Below, one piece after another: positions 14,101 to 26,360 of a stretch of DNA of 63,644 nt (its first letter is position 1; each line of letters begins with the position of its first letter). The notes beneath the pieces are model-generated. The model was not told where the DNA came from. It saw only the letters and a program-made list of their open reading frames with translations, and did no database searches. Position numbers and translations under genes: made by a program. Source of the stretch: Carcharhinus longimanus (lineage: Eukaryota); the NCBI GenBank assembly GCA_030264375.1, contig JASCQW010000190.1, forward strand, positions 102,042,904-102,106,547, in the 5' to 3' direction.

Positions 14101-16542
14101 ATACCCTCAGAATGGATCAGCTTTCATGTCAGATGTTGTAATTATTAGTTTTCCTTTCAGCCTCTTCAGATAATGGAAACAATTGGCTAAATGTTCAGAT
14201 ACCAAAGCTATCTCAGTGGTAGTGAGTTAATAGTGTCCAGATTTCTATGATCAGTTGATTTGTACATTTATGCTGACTGGGACATGAGAGAGGAAATGTA
14301 CATGTATCAGAATGGATGAGGGGATAATTTTTGAAAGTCTATGGAGACAGTGAAAAAGCATCTCAAGCCATTAGTAGCTTTTACGAAAGCAGAACAAGCT
14401 GGGGGAGTAAGAAATGATAGACAGAAAATTAGCAGCTGACCAGTACTGATACTTGCTGTGGGAGTGCTATGCTATATTTGAGTAGCGGGTGCCTGCACAG
14501 CGCATTAATAGCGGGTGCTTGCCCTGCAACTAACTCAACCTTATGATAACATGTTTGATCAGCAATGTCAGATAGTATGCATGGTAGCATCTTATAGCTG
14601 CAGAAATTAGACTTCAATAGTTTGTTATCACCATCATGTCTTTTCTCTTGCAATATCACATTAGATATGGCATACTGTGATTTGGACAAACCTGAAGAAC
14701 ATCCAACCAAATTATTAGGCAGCCTTCATTCTTAACTGTGTTATCAGGCCTGCATCAGTCATTTGAAAAAGCGAGGCCTGGTCAGCTTTTAATACAGGGA
14801 CAAGTGTGCAGATCCGAATGGATGGATATGGAGAACCATTCAGGCATTGCAAACCAGTGCTGAACTTTGGGGATCCATCTCCAAATGGGAGCTTTCCATT
14901 GGGAAAACACTTGTTAGTTCTATAATGGTGCTGTTGCAAAAAGGGAAACAATTAAGAAAATAGAATGAAGAAATAACAAAAGTAAAACTAAATAAAGTAA
15001 ACTTCAGTAGGTGCTGGAAACCTGAAATAAAAACAGAAAATGTTGTAAACAGTGCAAGTTTTAAACTCTTTCAGTACTACCATGTTTGGTTACTTTCTCA
15101 TCAGTAACTTTTAATGTCCTTCAAATTCCATTTTCATTTTCTAAAGAAAAACCTGTCACTTCAGGGCAAGAGGCAGCAGTTTCTTCAATCCTGTTACAAA
15201 GAGATTGTTAAAGATTTTACTATTCCCAACATGCACAATATAGCACTAATCAATGCCCCAATTACTCACTCAACTCTGTAATCTCTGCAGCCTTTGAATT
15301 CTTTGAAGCCTTTTATTTATCGTATGCTTCTATGTACATCCCACTGTGCGCTATCAATTTAATCTCCTGTATGATGGTAAGAAGGTAACATATTTTGCTT
15401 CCTTAAATAAAGTAACAACAACATAGACAATGGGATAGATAGTAAAATTCAGTGTATATGCTGTATATGATTTTCAGAAGATGTTCGATAAGATGCCTTA
15501 CAAGAAAAATTATCTTATATAATGTAATAGAAAATTAATCAACGTGGGATAGTAGGTAAGTTCCTGGCCAGTGAGTATGGATTTAGGATCAATTGTGTTT
15601 CTTACAGTGATAGAGAGGGCAATTGATGTAATCCAAGAGTTAGTGATTGGCTCTGTTTTGTTCTTAGTACATTTATATAACTTAGACTCAGATGGAGGGA
15701 AGCAATGATTTCTCAAGATTAGAAAGCAAGAGAAAGAGTGAAGAAGACTAGAAAGAAAAGTGTGGAAGGTTGTTCACACCAGTAGGATTTTCCCATCCCG
15801 CATCAGTGAATGGAGATTTGGCTAGGAGCAGTATGGCATTAATGGCCAATACAATTGTGGCCACAGACACTTAAATTGCATGGCCATGTAGTTTAGCATG
15901 GATATGTGTGGGGAATGGAGGTGTTCACACAATTGGATGATATTCAATCAATCCAAGATTTCAAAATCAAAATTCTATTGAAATGCTAGTACTCAATTAA
16001 AGGAGTGTATTTATCATTATTTTGAATCTTATAAACAGGGGTATGGAATATGTGAGCAAAGAAATAGTAAAGAAGTATTAGTGTTACAGTTAGGTGAGGA
16101 GGATTGAATGGCTTCCCTCTTTTCTCTCTCATTGAATTGGAACAGATTTTTTGAATTTTTTTGAAAAAATAGCTTGTCAAATCAGTTAGTGTTAACTATT
16201 TGTGCGCTGTGACAATAAATGACAAATGCAGACAGGTTTTCTTGAGTTTCAAAAAAATAAAGTAGGTATTTTATTGCACTTAATCCATTGTAAGAAAAAG
16301 AAATATAAAATGTTCTAACTTTCAGACACATACATGTACATGAAGTTTGCATCCAGTGTGGAATAACAGATTAAGCAATTTGAAGTTGAGTAAAATTAAA
16401 GGGGTGACTGTTCTTGAAGGTTGGTGACTCGGCTGACTTCAGACTGAACTTGATAGCCCTCTGGATGAGTATATAGGTGGTTTAAAAGTGTAGACAGATT
16501 ATTTATCTGCTACTCTGAAGACAGCCACTGTGGAGTTGAGTT

Positions 16543-16843
16543 CATAGAATCATAGGATCCTACAGTGCAGAAGGAAGCCATTCAACCCATCAAGTCTACA
16601 CCGACCACAGTCCCACCCAAGCCCTATCCCCATAACCTCCATGCATTTACTCTAGCTAGTCCCCGACACTAAGGGGCAATTTAACATGGCCAATCCTAAC
16701 TCGCACATCTTTGGACTGCGGGAGGAAACTGGAACACCCGAAGGAAACCTATGCGGATATGGGGAGAATGTGCAAATCCCGCACAGAAAGAGACCTGAAA
16801 CTGGGAATCGAATCCTTGCTAACCACTGTGCCACCATGTTGCC
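16543..16843 (-). mobile_element. HE1-like V-SINE (HER1-type tail)
   Basis: catagaatcatag...tacagtgcagaagg tail, with V-domain and tRNA head on the minus strand. Confidence 0.88.
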
Positions 16844-17221
16844 TCATTCTTTTCCTTTTTTAAAATCTGTCTGCACCACATCAGTGGTGAACAATAGCAG
16901 ACAGGAGTTCAAAATCTGCAAATTGTCTGGTGACCGAAGAAAAAGAGAGACCCACACAAAGACATTGCTTCTTTGGTTTCTCATTGTGCTGGTATGCAGA
17001 GGGAATAGGTGCTTGAACACTCAAATGGTTAGCTGACTTATCACATCACCCTCTCTCTTCAACTGCCCAGTTACCTAAATATGTCCCATGTACTCCAGTT
17101 GTAACTTGATTATTGTGGATTGGAATATCTGTCTCAGCCAGAGTCTATTGCATAAAATGGTTTTGTTTAATGTTAGTTTCCTACCCAGTTGAATCTGGGT
17201 GTCCTGTGAATGGAGACAGGA

Positions 17222-17512
17222 TATAGAACATAGAACATTACAGCGCAGAACAGGCCCTTCGGCCCACGATGTTGCGCCAACCAGTTAAAAAACAATGNNN
17301 NNNNNNNNNNNNNNNNNNNNNNNNNNNNNNNNNNNNNNNNNNNNNNNNNNNNNNNNNNNNNNNNNNNNNNNNNNNNNNNNNNNNNNNNNNNNNNNNNCCT
17401 AATCCAATGTCCTAGATCACCCTCAATCCCAGACATCTGCAATTTCTGCAGAAGCCTTCCATGGTGAACCTTATCAAACGCCTTACTAAAGTCCATATAT
17501 GCCACGTCCATA
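17222..17512 (-). mobile_element. CR1 fragment (RT motif and 3' end across a gap)
   Basis: DVAYMDFSKAFDKVHHGRLLQKL on the minus strand, and a (tagaaca)n tail at 17222-17238. Confidence 0.88.
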
Positions 17513-18364
17513 TATAACATATATGTATGGTTCATTCATATTCTACAAAGGTAATTGACTTTGATGGGTTCTTGCAGACAGGTAGGCTCACCTTAATGGC
17601 TTTGGTGTGTCAAAGGTGCAGTGAATCAAATGTGCATCCATCTTTGCCTGTGATTTTGAGTCCTGAGTCCTGAGATGCTTCTGTCTTTTTAAAAAATTGA
17701 TTACTAGTTTCCAGCTAGTAAATTCTGTTGCAGGGTGTTGGATACTATTCGGTAGTTCTTAATTAAGTTTCTGTTGCCTTAGTTAACTGTATGTATTTAT
17801 TAACTACAAGATCTTATGTACATATAGTAAAGTGTTCAAGCTAAGAGCTGGCGCTGTGCTTGTTGGATATGTGCAACACTGACCCTGAGGTCCAGGTCAT
17901 GTGTTCCCTTATATCACTGTGTGGGTGATACTGTACTCAGTCCCATGTTAACCATAGATGTTCCAGACTCTTACACTTCAAATTCATAATGTCATTTGTT
18001 ACAAACAAAATGGTTTCACAGCAATTAGTCAGATGATAGTTAGAACATTGGGTGCTCAAAACTGTGCACAATTACAGAGAATGTTTGAGAGTGACGCCAA
18101 GAATGAGAACCATTATTATGGGGAAATACTTAAATATCACAATTATTTGCATAAAGAAGAGTAAAAATAAATTTGACAGAGGCTTAGAAAATTATGGAAG
18201 CCTTTGAATGCTTGAACACGGAAAGGGAGTTCAGTTTCTTGGAGTTCAGGAGGGAACAATAATTTATTTTTTTTACTGAGAGTGAATTTAGAAGAAATTT
18301 CTTGAAAGAGGGCTGTTGCACCATAAAATTCATTGAATCGGAGATTGGTTGAAGCAGAGACTAT

Positions 18365-18656
18365 GGAGTTGGGGGTAAGGTGTTAGCGTGGATAGAGGAT
18401 TGGCTGTCTAATAGGAGGCAGAGAGTTGGTATCAATGGGNNNNNNNNNNNNNNNNNNNNNNNNNNNNNNNNNNNNNNNNNNNNNNNNNNNNNNNNNNNNN
18501 NNNNNNNNNNNNNNNNNNNNNNNNNNNNNNNNNNNNNNNGGAGAAAGCGGGAAAGTGGAACTGAGCCACTTCAGATCAGCCATGATCTTATTGAATGGCG
18601 GGGCAGGCTTGAAGGGGTGGATGGCCTACTCCTGCTCCTATTTCTTATGTTCTTAT
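18365..18656 (+). mobile_element. CR1 fragment (RT and 3' end across a gap)
   Basis: LAWIEDWLSNRRQRVGING. The 3' end is nearly identical to 39019-39146. Confidence 0.88.
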
Positions 18657-19119
18657 TGCCGAGTTTTACTGCGTCACCTGCCTGAGGCCTTCGGAGAATG
18701 CTGTTTTGCGAGCTTCGTCTGCTCCAGAGTTGGGGATGTCCTTTCAGAAGTATTCTGTTGAATTTGATAACAGGCGAAAACACAACAACCTGTCCGAAAC
18801 CGGAAAATCCTTTCCAATTCCCATGGTGGGTGAGGTGGTAAAATTTGCCCCATGGCAATTAACGTATCCTTCCCTTTCACCTTATCATCATTGAATCTCA
18901 TTTATCAATACAATAAGCATTCATATTATACAGGTTACATTATTTATGGAACCATCACAGCATTTGATCATGTTACCATGTCGTCTCCTGATAGCCATGT
19001 AACTTCCTTGGCTTCAAATGATTACCTGAGTTTCCTTTTAAAGAAGCAATTAGGCAGAAATTCTCAGTTTGTTCAACCTTCAAAGGAATTGCAGCAGATG
19101 ATCTCATCTGAAGTTTAAC

Positions 19120-19335
19120 CAAAAGAGAAAACACTGGAAAATCTCAGCAGGTCTGGCAGCATCTGTAAGGAGAGAAAAGAGCTGACATTTCGAGTCCAGA
19201 TTATCCTTTGTCAAAGCTAAAAGGCACAGAAAGTGGGACATATTTAAATTACAGGGGGAGGGAATACAAGATGAGTCATAGCCATAGAAACCAGGGGAAA
19301 AGGCTGCTAATAGCTGTTCACAGAGAGAATAAAGG
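19120..19335 (-). mobile_element. Penelope-like terminal repeat fragment with a decayed hammerhead core
   Basis: Minus strand reads ttgacaa-aggataatctggactc-gaaatgtcagc...cagatgctgccagacctgctgagattttccag. Related copies lie at about 19830-19925, 56020-56075 and 60858-61232. Confidence 0.65.
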
Positions 19336-22300
19336 ATAGAGGATTGGTTGTCAAATAGGAGGCAGAGAGTGGGGGTCAACGGGTGCTATTCGGATTGGCG
19401 GATGGTGACNNNNNNNNNNNNNNNNNNNNNNNNNNNNNNNNNNNNNNNNNNNNNNNNNNNNNNNNNNNNNNNNNNNNNNNNNNNNNNNNNNGGAAAGAAA
19501 AAATGAAGAAAGACAATAAAGTAGTAAAAGATAGAGAACAATAGAATATGAAATAAAACAGAATGAAAGCGAAGCAGGCCGAGGTGGGATAGTGCATCTG
19601 AAGTTTATCCTCACTATCTCCCGCAGATGGACTATCATTCACTGGACAATCCTTTGAGTGAACGATAAGACTACACATGAGATTTACAAGTCTCGCTCTT
19701 CCTTTTACACCTTCCCTGCATACATTATATATATTTATATCTATTTACTTATGTCCTCTGGGTTGGACTGAAAGGTTTAATGGTACTTGACTAAGCACAA
19801 GGATAGGGAAGGGAATATTAGTTTGCGAGAAAAGCAGAAAATGCTGGAAAATCTCAACAGGCCTGACAACATCTATGGAGCAAGAACAGAACTAATGTTC
19901 TGAGTCTGGATGGCTCTTTGTCGGAGAGTTTGTAACACTATTTAATATACATGAGGTTTACTTTTTGCACATTTTTGCCCTGACATTTAAATTAAGATAT
20001 TGCCATTGTGGGGCTGCCTGGAACCTATTTGAAAGTAAGCAGAACTATTTGGCTAAACAAAATTGGCAGGATACAGAACAGTGACAAATCTTTTGTAGTG
20101 AACAGCTCAGTCAATTCCCTCCCTCGTCCCTTTCTTTTCTCTTATTCTCTCCACTCTCATTCCCTACTAGTGTTTCATTCATTGTTTTTCCCTTCTCCTT
20201 TCCTCATTGCCAGCGATGGATGATTCCATAAGCAGAAGCTTCATTCCTGACCGTAACATGGAGTTTCATTTCAGGTCATACGTAACATGCCTTCTTTCCA
20301 AACCACAAGGAAGTGATACTGCCAGCGAAGCCACACTGGCTAATTAAAAACAAAATGCTGTTGAAAACCAATTCACAGGGGTGGGGGCTAAAAAAAAAAA
20401 TCAGTCACAGAAATCTATTTGACAGTGGGGAATGTTCAAAACATTGCAAACAATATGTGAAAGATGCATGCAGCCGTTAGGGAATTCATTTCAGCAATTG
20501 ATCAACTAACCAGTGGTATTCGATTCATAGCTTCAGACGATTCAACTAATATGTCACAATACAGTATTTGTCAGCTTGATTCATGATGCAAAACCACAGC
20601 TCGATATTTTTATAGCAGTTCAGGTGAAGGACACCATTTTAACTGCAAGAGATTTTATCTCGCCGTGATGCCTTTCCTTGAATGAATTCCACTCTTTTGA
20701 GTTTGGTGCTCAGTGAGGTGAGGAACGGGGGAGACTGGAATACTTTCCATTTCAGTGTCATGCGGTCCTACATCAGCTCCAGTACGATCAACTGCAGAGC
20801 AAAATTCCTCCTACACTTCCCCCCATAAGTTTCCTCAGCACCTATCTCAAAAGAACACGGCTCCAGCACAGTTGTAACAAGTGTTCCAGTTCAAAGATTT
20901 AATCCAGCTTCGGGGATTGATGCATGTTTGCCCTTTAAGTAATTGCACTGTATCAGGCCTTAACTAACCACCTGTATTCACAGATAAGGTGGACCTGGTC
21001 AAACATGCCAGAGTCGATCTGGCTGTGTGACTTATGCTACCATTGTTAATAAGGCAGTCAAGTTAATACGATGGGGGAATCATACCAAAAAATGGCAGCG
21101 TGTTGTTTCTGGCGAGGAAACCAGTTAATGTCTCTCCAGGGAAACCGGTCAGTTTTCTCTCCACATCTTACAACACTCTGCCAAAAAAAAAAAATCAAGG
21201 GGGCATGTTTCATGCTGTTAAATGGAAGGGCAGGGCCTAAACAATCCAGGAAAACCCGGCTGCAGAGAGACCAGGACACTATTTTTAAAGAGCAGTCCAA
21301 TCAGAACCTTAGTATACCTCCCCCACAGCCCACCATGAAGGACTCAGGGTGCCCCATCCCCATCCCCCGAAGTCAGCACTGCTCTACCCCTACCCTCCCC
21401 CCCCCCAACCATTATTGGTACCATTTTCCCTCTCTGTCAGGGCAAATGGGTGCCCAGAGGGAAAACCATCCTAAAAACATTACCACCTCCATACCAATCC
21501 ACCCACCCCCCAACAACCCACTAACCCCAGACCCCGCTAGTGCAAAGATTAACATAGGTGGTATTAGAGGCCATGGGAGTGGTTATAGGGGATGGTTACA
21601 GGAGCATATGCTATCATTTGGGTCAGGTAGAAAAGTGAGCTGCACACCATCAAAACGGAGGGGGGTCAGGCAGGAAGGTGTGAATGGTCCACATACCATC
21701 AGGAGAGAGGGGGTCAAGCAGGAAAAGAATGAAGAAGCCATACATCATTGAGGGAGAAGCAGTCAGGCAGGAAGATGGGTTAGGGCCTACATACACCACT
21801 GAGGGGAAGCCAAACACACAGTTAATTTGAAAATCTCTTTGTAGCTGATCAAATAATGAGATCAATGGAAGACTCAATTCTCTTTACTGTTCTGTTTTTC
21901 GTTTGGGCTGAGGGTGTTCCTGCAGAAATAAATTGATATAAGAGCTGTGTGATTTTAAATATACATAGATAAAAGCAAACTGATTTTAAATAAATAATGA
22001 TTGGTGTATATCCTGTTTTGAAGAAACGCTGCTCTCTTGCTAAGCAGACACAGCTTTTGAAATGAGGTTACGAACACTTGTGTCCTTGGGCCTTGCAAAG
22101 AAACAGCAAATAGCATTTCAACTTTGCGTTGAGATTCCAATTGTGCCTTGAGTAAACAGATATTTAATGTGTGATTAATGAGAAATTCTTCAATCTGCCA
22201 TCAGGCTATTCTCTGCAATCATAATTTGCCCTTGTCTGAGAAGGAAGAACAGCTTAATCTTTAAGGTAAAGATCACCGAATGACTTCATCTTTGCTGCTA

Positions 22301-22393
22301 ATATCCACTAATGCATTTGATTTGTGTGCCTAGCCCTTCCACCTGTTGTCCAAGCTCAGTGTTCACCCGGCACAGTTAATAACAGAAGATTAT

Positions 22394-23376
22394 GGGCCCT
22401 ATTTTACCATTTTCATTCTAAGTGCTGGGCAAACTTGAAACTGGGAGTGTTTCAGATCTGACTTTTANNNNNNNNNNNNNNNNNNNNNNNNNNNNNNNNN
22501 NNNNNNNNNNNNNNNNNNNNNNNNNNNNNNNNNNNNNNNNNNNNNNNNNNNNNNNNNNNNNNNNNNNNNNNNNNNNNNNNNNNNNNNNNNNNNNNNNNNN
22601 NNNNNNNNNNNNNNNNNNNNNNNNNNNNNNNNNNNNNNNNNNNNNNNNNNNNNNNNNNNNNNNNNNNNNNNNNNNNNNNNNNNNNNNNNNNNNNNNNNNN
22701 NNNNNNNNNNNNNNNNNNNNNNNNNNNNNNNNNNNNNNNNNNNNNNNNNNNNNNNNNNNNNNNNNNNNNNNNNNNNNNNNNNNNNNNNNNNNNNNNNNNN
22801 NNNNNNNNNNNNNNNNNNNNNNNNNNNNNNNNNNNNNNNNNNNNNNNNNNNNNNNNNNNNNNNNNNNNNNNNNNNNNNNNNNNNNNNNNNNNNNNNNNNN
22901 NNNNNNNNNNNNNNCCCCAGCCCCCACCCCACCACAAACTTAGTGGAGCCATCTGATCCACTTCCCCCGTTTTCCACCAATCTGAGTGGGGGCCTCCCTC
23001 TGTCAAATCTCGCACCCCCCCCCCCACCCCACCCCACCCCCACACACAAATGATCTGATGCAGAGAGCTGCCAGACGCTCGGAACTTACCTCCTCAGAAG
23101 CTGGAGTACCCAAATCGGATCTTTGAAGATCACGTCTGTTTTGCATCAGTTTTGGATGGGCGAATGTGGTGGTAAAAAGCGTTGCGGCTCATTAAATCAA
23201 TTTAAATGCATGCAAATGCTCATTTTGGGCGTGATCCTATCTGTGGCCATTTTCTGCCCTTGGTAAAGGGGGAACGGGCATAGAGGCGGGTGCGGATCGC
23301 GCAACTCGCTTAACGACCGAATTTACCAAGTTTTCGTGCCCGAAAACAGTCACAACTTGATGGTAATATTGGGCCC
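22394..23376. mobile_element. Non-autonomous PIF/Harbinger-type element (MITE) with TIRs and a 3-bp TSD
   Basis: TIRs gggccctattttaccat (22394) and atggtaatattgggccc (ending 23376). Flanked by tat at 22391-22393 and 23377-23379. Confidence 0.85.
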
Positions 23377-23974
23377 TATGTGCCTTTCATTAAATGGTAT
23401 GTGCCTTTCATTCTGAAGGCAGCAAAGGACTGAAAGTCAGAGCACTGCCAAGCATCCACGAGTCACACTCATCAGGCTTCCTTTACCCAGGGAGGAAGTT
23501 TGTTCAGGCACGAGCAAGTGCTAAAGTCAAACACCTTTGGGAGGGAGCAGGTCAGGAAGAGTCTTCTGGGGATAGGAGTAGAGCGGAGGCATTTCACTTT
23601 TCTTTGCATTTCAGCAGCATCCAGCCAAGTCTGAAGTGAAGAAAGAATCAAAAGACCAAGTTTCAACAGCAAAACAGCGCTGTCCTCTAATGAGTCCTGA
23701 CATGAGGTGAGGAGGAACTGGAATCTGGTTCACCCAGCTCAACCAATGATTGGCTGAGTAATCTATCAATCGGAGTGGTCTATGGGCTCGATTGGTTGCT
23801 TCAGGCACTGGACATCCCACTTAACAGGTAATTGAGTGTAGGCCCTGGACAGCATGGGCCCTGTTTTCTTGTAGCACATTATACAGCTTTCTCTTTTTGT
23901 CCCTGCCAGGCAGCAGCTGTGACTCTTTAATCCCGTGCCAGTCAGCTTTTCCTGTTAGAATCATGCCACGGTAA

Positions 23975-24170
23975 TTGTTCAGGCTGCTTGATGACAAGGC
24001 ATACCCTCTCTAAACATGCCTTCTGACTCCACTCTGTCTGCAGACCACACATTGATTGTATATTCACTGTCAGAGTTGTGCCATGACCTGGAGCATTGTA
24101 GAGCAAACATCAAGCATTCTAAAACAGTGGTTGCACTACCTCAACTGCCCAGGGAATACCTACAATAGGC
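23975..24170 (+). mobile_element. Decayed PIF/Harbinger DDE transposase fragment
   Basis: Frameshifted matches LLDDKAYPL..LLTPL and SIVEQTSSILKQW, resembling the Harbinger LLGDxGYP and RxxVERxxGxLKxRF motifs. Confidence 0.65.
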
Positions 24171-25759
24171 GCTGTAGATTGTTTCTAATGTCTACATGAT
24201 ACACAAATCAAGAAAATGAAGAGGAAGAGGACAAGTAGAAGAACCAGTTGCAGCTGCTGAATACATCTCCCTTTTAAAGATCCTAGCTGTCTTTAAGAAT
24301 TGCAGGTTAGCTGTGACTTGTGTTAGCCATGCACGTGCATGGACCCAGGGTTGAACCTGAAGCTAAGTCAGCAGCACACCGCATCCTCAGCTGTACACCA
24401 CAATCATATTGATGAGTAGTCAGCACAACATTTCTCTGCTGCCTGAACCATGTTATTGCCTGGGAGCGAGCACACATCAGAGTCCCGTCTGCACCCAAAA
24501 TCTGACATGATTGAACTTTTGGCCTTTTTCTAAGTACGGTGGTGTAAGTCACGAGAATCTGGGTCATCACACCATCGATGGATAACTTCATGACAAACGT
24601 AATGCATGGGTCTATTACCTTCCCCAAACAAAGAGCTTTTTTAAAGCGTTTATGAAAAAAGGAAATAACGTTAAATTTTAAACTTCAAAACTAGAAACAC
24701 TTGGAGGTACCACCAGCCTTCGTAAAATTGATTGATGGAAACTCGGATATAAAGTTTGTACATTTTAAGAGGTTGTAGCTTACCATTGACTTTATTGTTC
24801 ATGTTTTGCAGACTGAATCAGGCTGTGCAACATAAAACATTACAATTTTGAAATTCAGAATCATTAAAATGTGATGCGAAATTAGAAGTGAAAAATGATT
24901 TCCAATTACGTGAATTATTGACAAACTCATTTTGTGTTCCAGTGATAAATATTACTGCAGGCATGCCTCCACCTGCCTCTCTACGCCATTTTCAGTGACA
25001 ACCATCATAAGGTTAGTGCTGTGATTCCACCAAGGAAGCAAACATCATGAAGAAACCACGGAGTGGAATTATTTGTGCATGACTTCAAAATTCACAGGGT
25101 GGTGTGAAATGTCAAACACCTTGGTGGATATTTCCAATTGGGCATGTACATTAGTACATCAAAAAAAATATTCATTTACTCAGTGGTTCTTCAATTCTTG
25201 ACATGTTCAGCATGCTGTCAGGAGTTTATCTGCACTTTAATAATTGGTATCATCTTGCTATCAATGACTTTGCAACTGCCTTCTCACTGTCCAGAGATAT
25301 GTCATATTATCCCAAGAATTCAATAAGCTCACACAGGAAATGCCTATGGAAATTGCGATGTGCTCCCAAAACAGGTGGCTGTTTTGTGAAAACATGTGAA
25401 TTTCATGCTGCATGCTAATTTCCATGATTGTAGAGTACTGTCAAGACTGACCACTCTCTGTTGAATGGCCACACACTCAGACACAAGCAGCCCAACACTG
25501 AGTGATTAGCACCACTTAAAGTTAACCCGCTGATACTTAAACAAAAGCAAAACAGATGCTAGGAATCTGAAATAAAAATAGAAGATGCTGGAATTACTCA
25601 GCAGGTCAGGCAGAATTGGGAGACAAAACTGACTTAAAGCCAGACCGTGCTTCCTAAAGGAGCGTTGCATAGTGGCTGGAGCAGATGTCGCAAGTTGCGT
25701 TATGACTGATTCTGACAGGTGATAAACTCATAAGTGACACAGCATGCATGAACCAAGTT

Positions 25760-25960
25760 TTTATAATGCTGCAACTGAAGGTCTAGATTGAGGAGGTGCA
25801 GAATAGGAAACATTAGCTCGATAAACAAGGGGCCAGGAGGCTCACAAGGCAAATTATGTGGAGGCAGTGGGAGCAGATAGATATTGAAGAAATGCCAACA
25901 ATCAAGCATGGAATGCAGAGCCGTAAGAAGATCAATAACCTCAAATGGTCAAGGCTGGTG
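25760..25960 (+). mobile_element. Decayed Harbinger Myb/SANT-like protein fragment
   Basis: IEEVQNRK...GARRLTRQIMWRQWEQI...QSRKKINNL, homologous by eye to 36610-36790. Confidence 0.6.
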
Positions 25961-26089
25961 ATTTTATATTCAAGCGCACATCCCACCAATTGAATCACTA
26001 GCCTAACTCACTGCTCCAAACTGCCATCATTCCTCTACCAACAATCTCTATCAATCATAATCTATACCCAACATCTTCAGCTTCACCTT

Positions 26090-26360
26090 AGAGCCAGAGT
26101 GGATCAGTGGGTAGCTCTCCTGCCACTGAGCCAGAAGTCATGTTCCAAGACCCATCTTAGGACCTGTTAGCTGTGGAAGAATGCAGGTATTGGTCAATCC
26201 AGCATGTATTGGTGCCGGTCCGCAGCCCAGGTAAATGGGGAGTGTTTAATGGCAGGAAGGGCACCTGCCACCCACCAAATCCAAAAATGATGGTTGATAC
26301 GAAAGTGATCAACCAGCATTGTGGTGACCCCATATAACATGGGAAAGGCTAAAAGAGGAG
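26090..26360 (+). mobile_element. SINE-like element: tRNA-derived head followed by an RTE-type tail
   Basis: Head is ggatcagtgggtagc...ctgagccagaag...gttccaag. The 3' part ggtgccggtccgcagcccaggtaaatggggag...aggaagggca...gtggtgacccc...gggaaaggctaaaagaggag resembles RTE/Expander-derived ends (recalled, not aligned). Confidence 0.5.

Noticed and set aside
21071-21751. 226-aa ORF, the longest gap-free ORF
   Set aside because: Runs through C-rich then G/A-rich low-complexity repeat-like sequence and homopolymer runs, with no recognisable motif.
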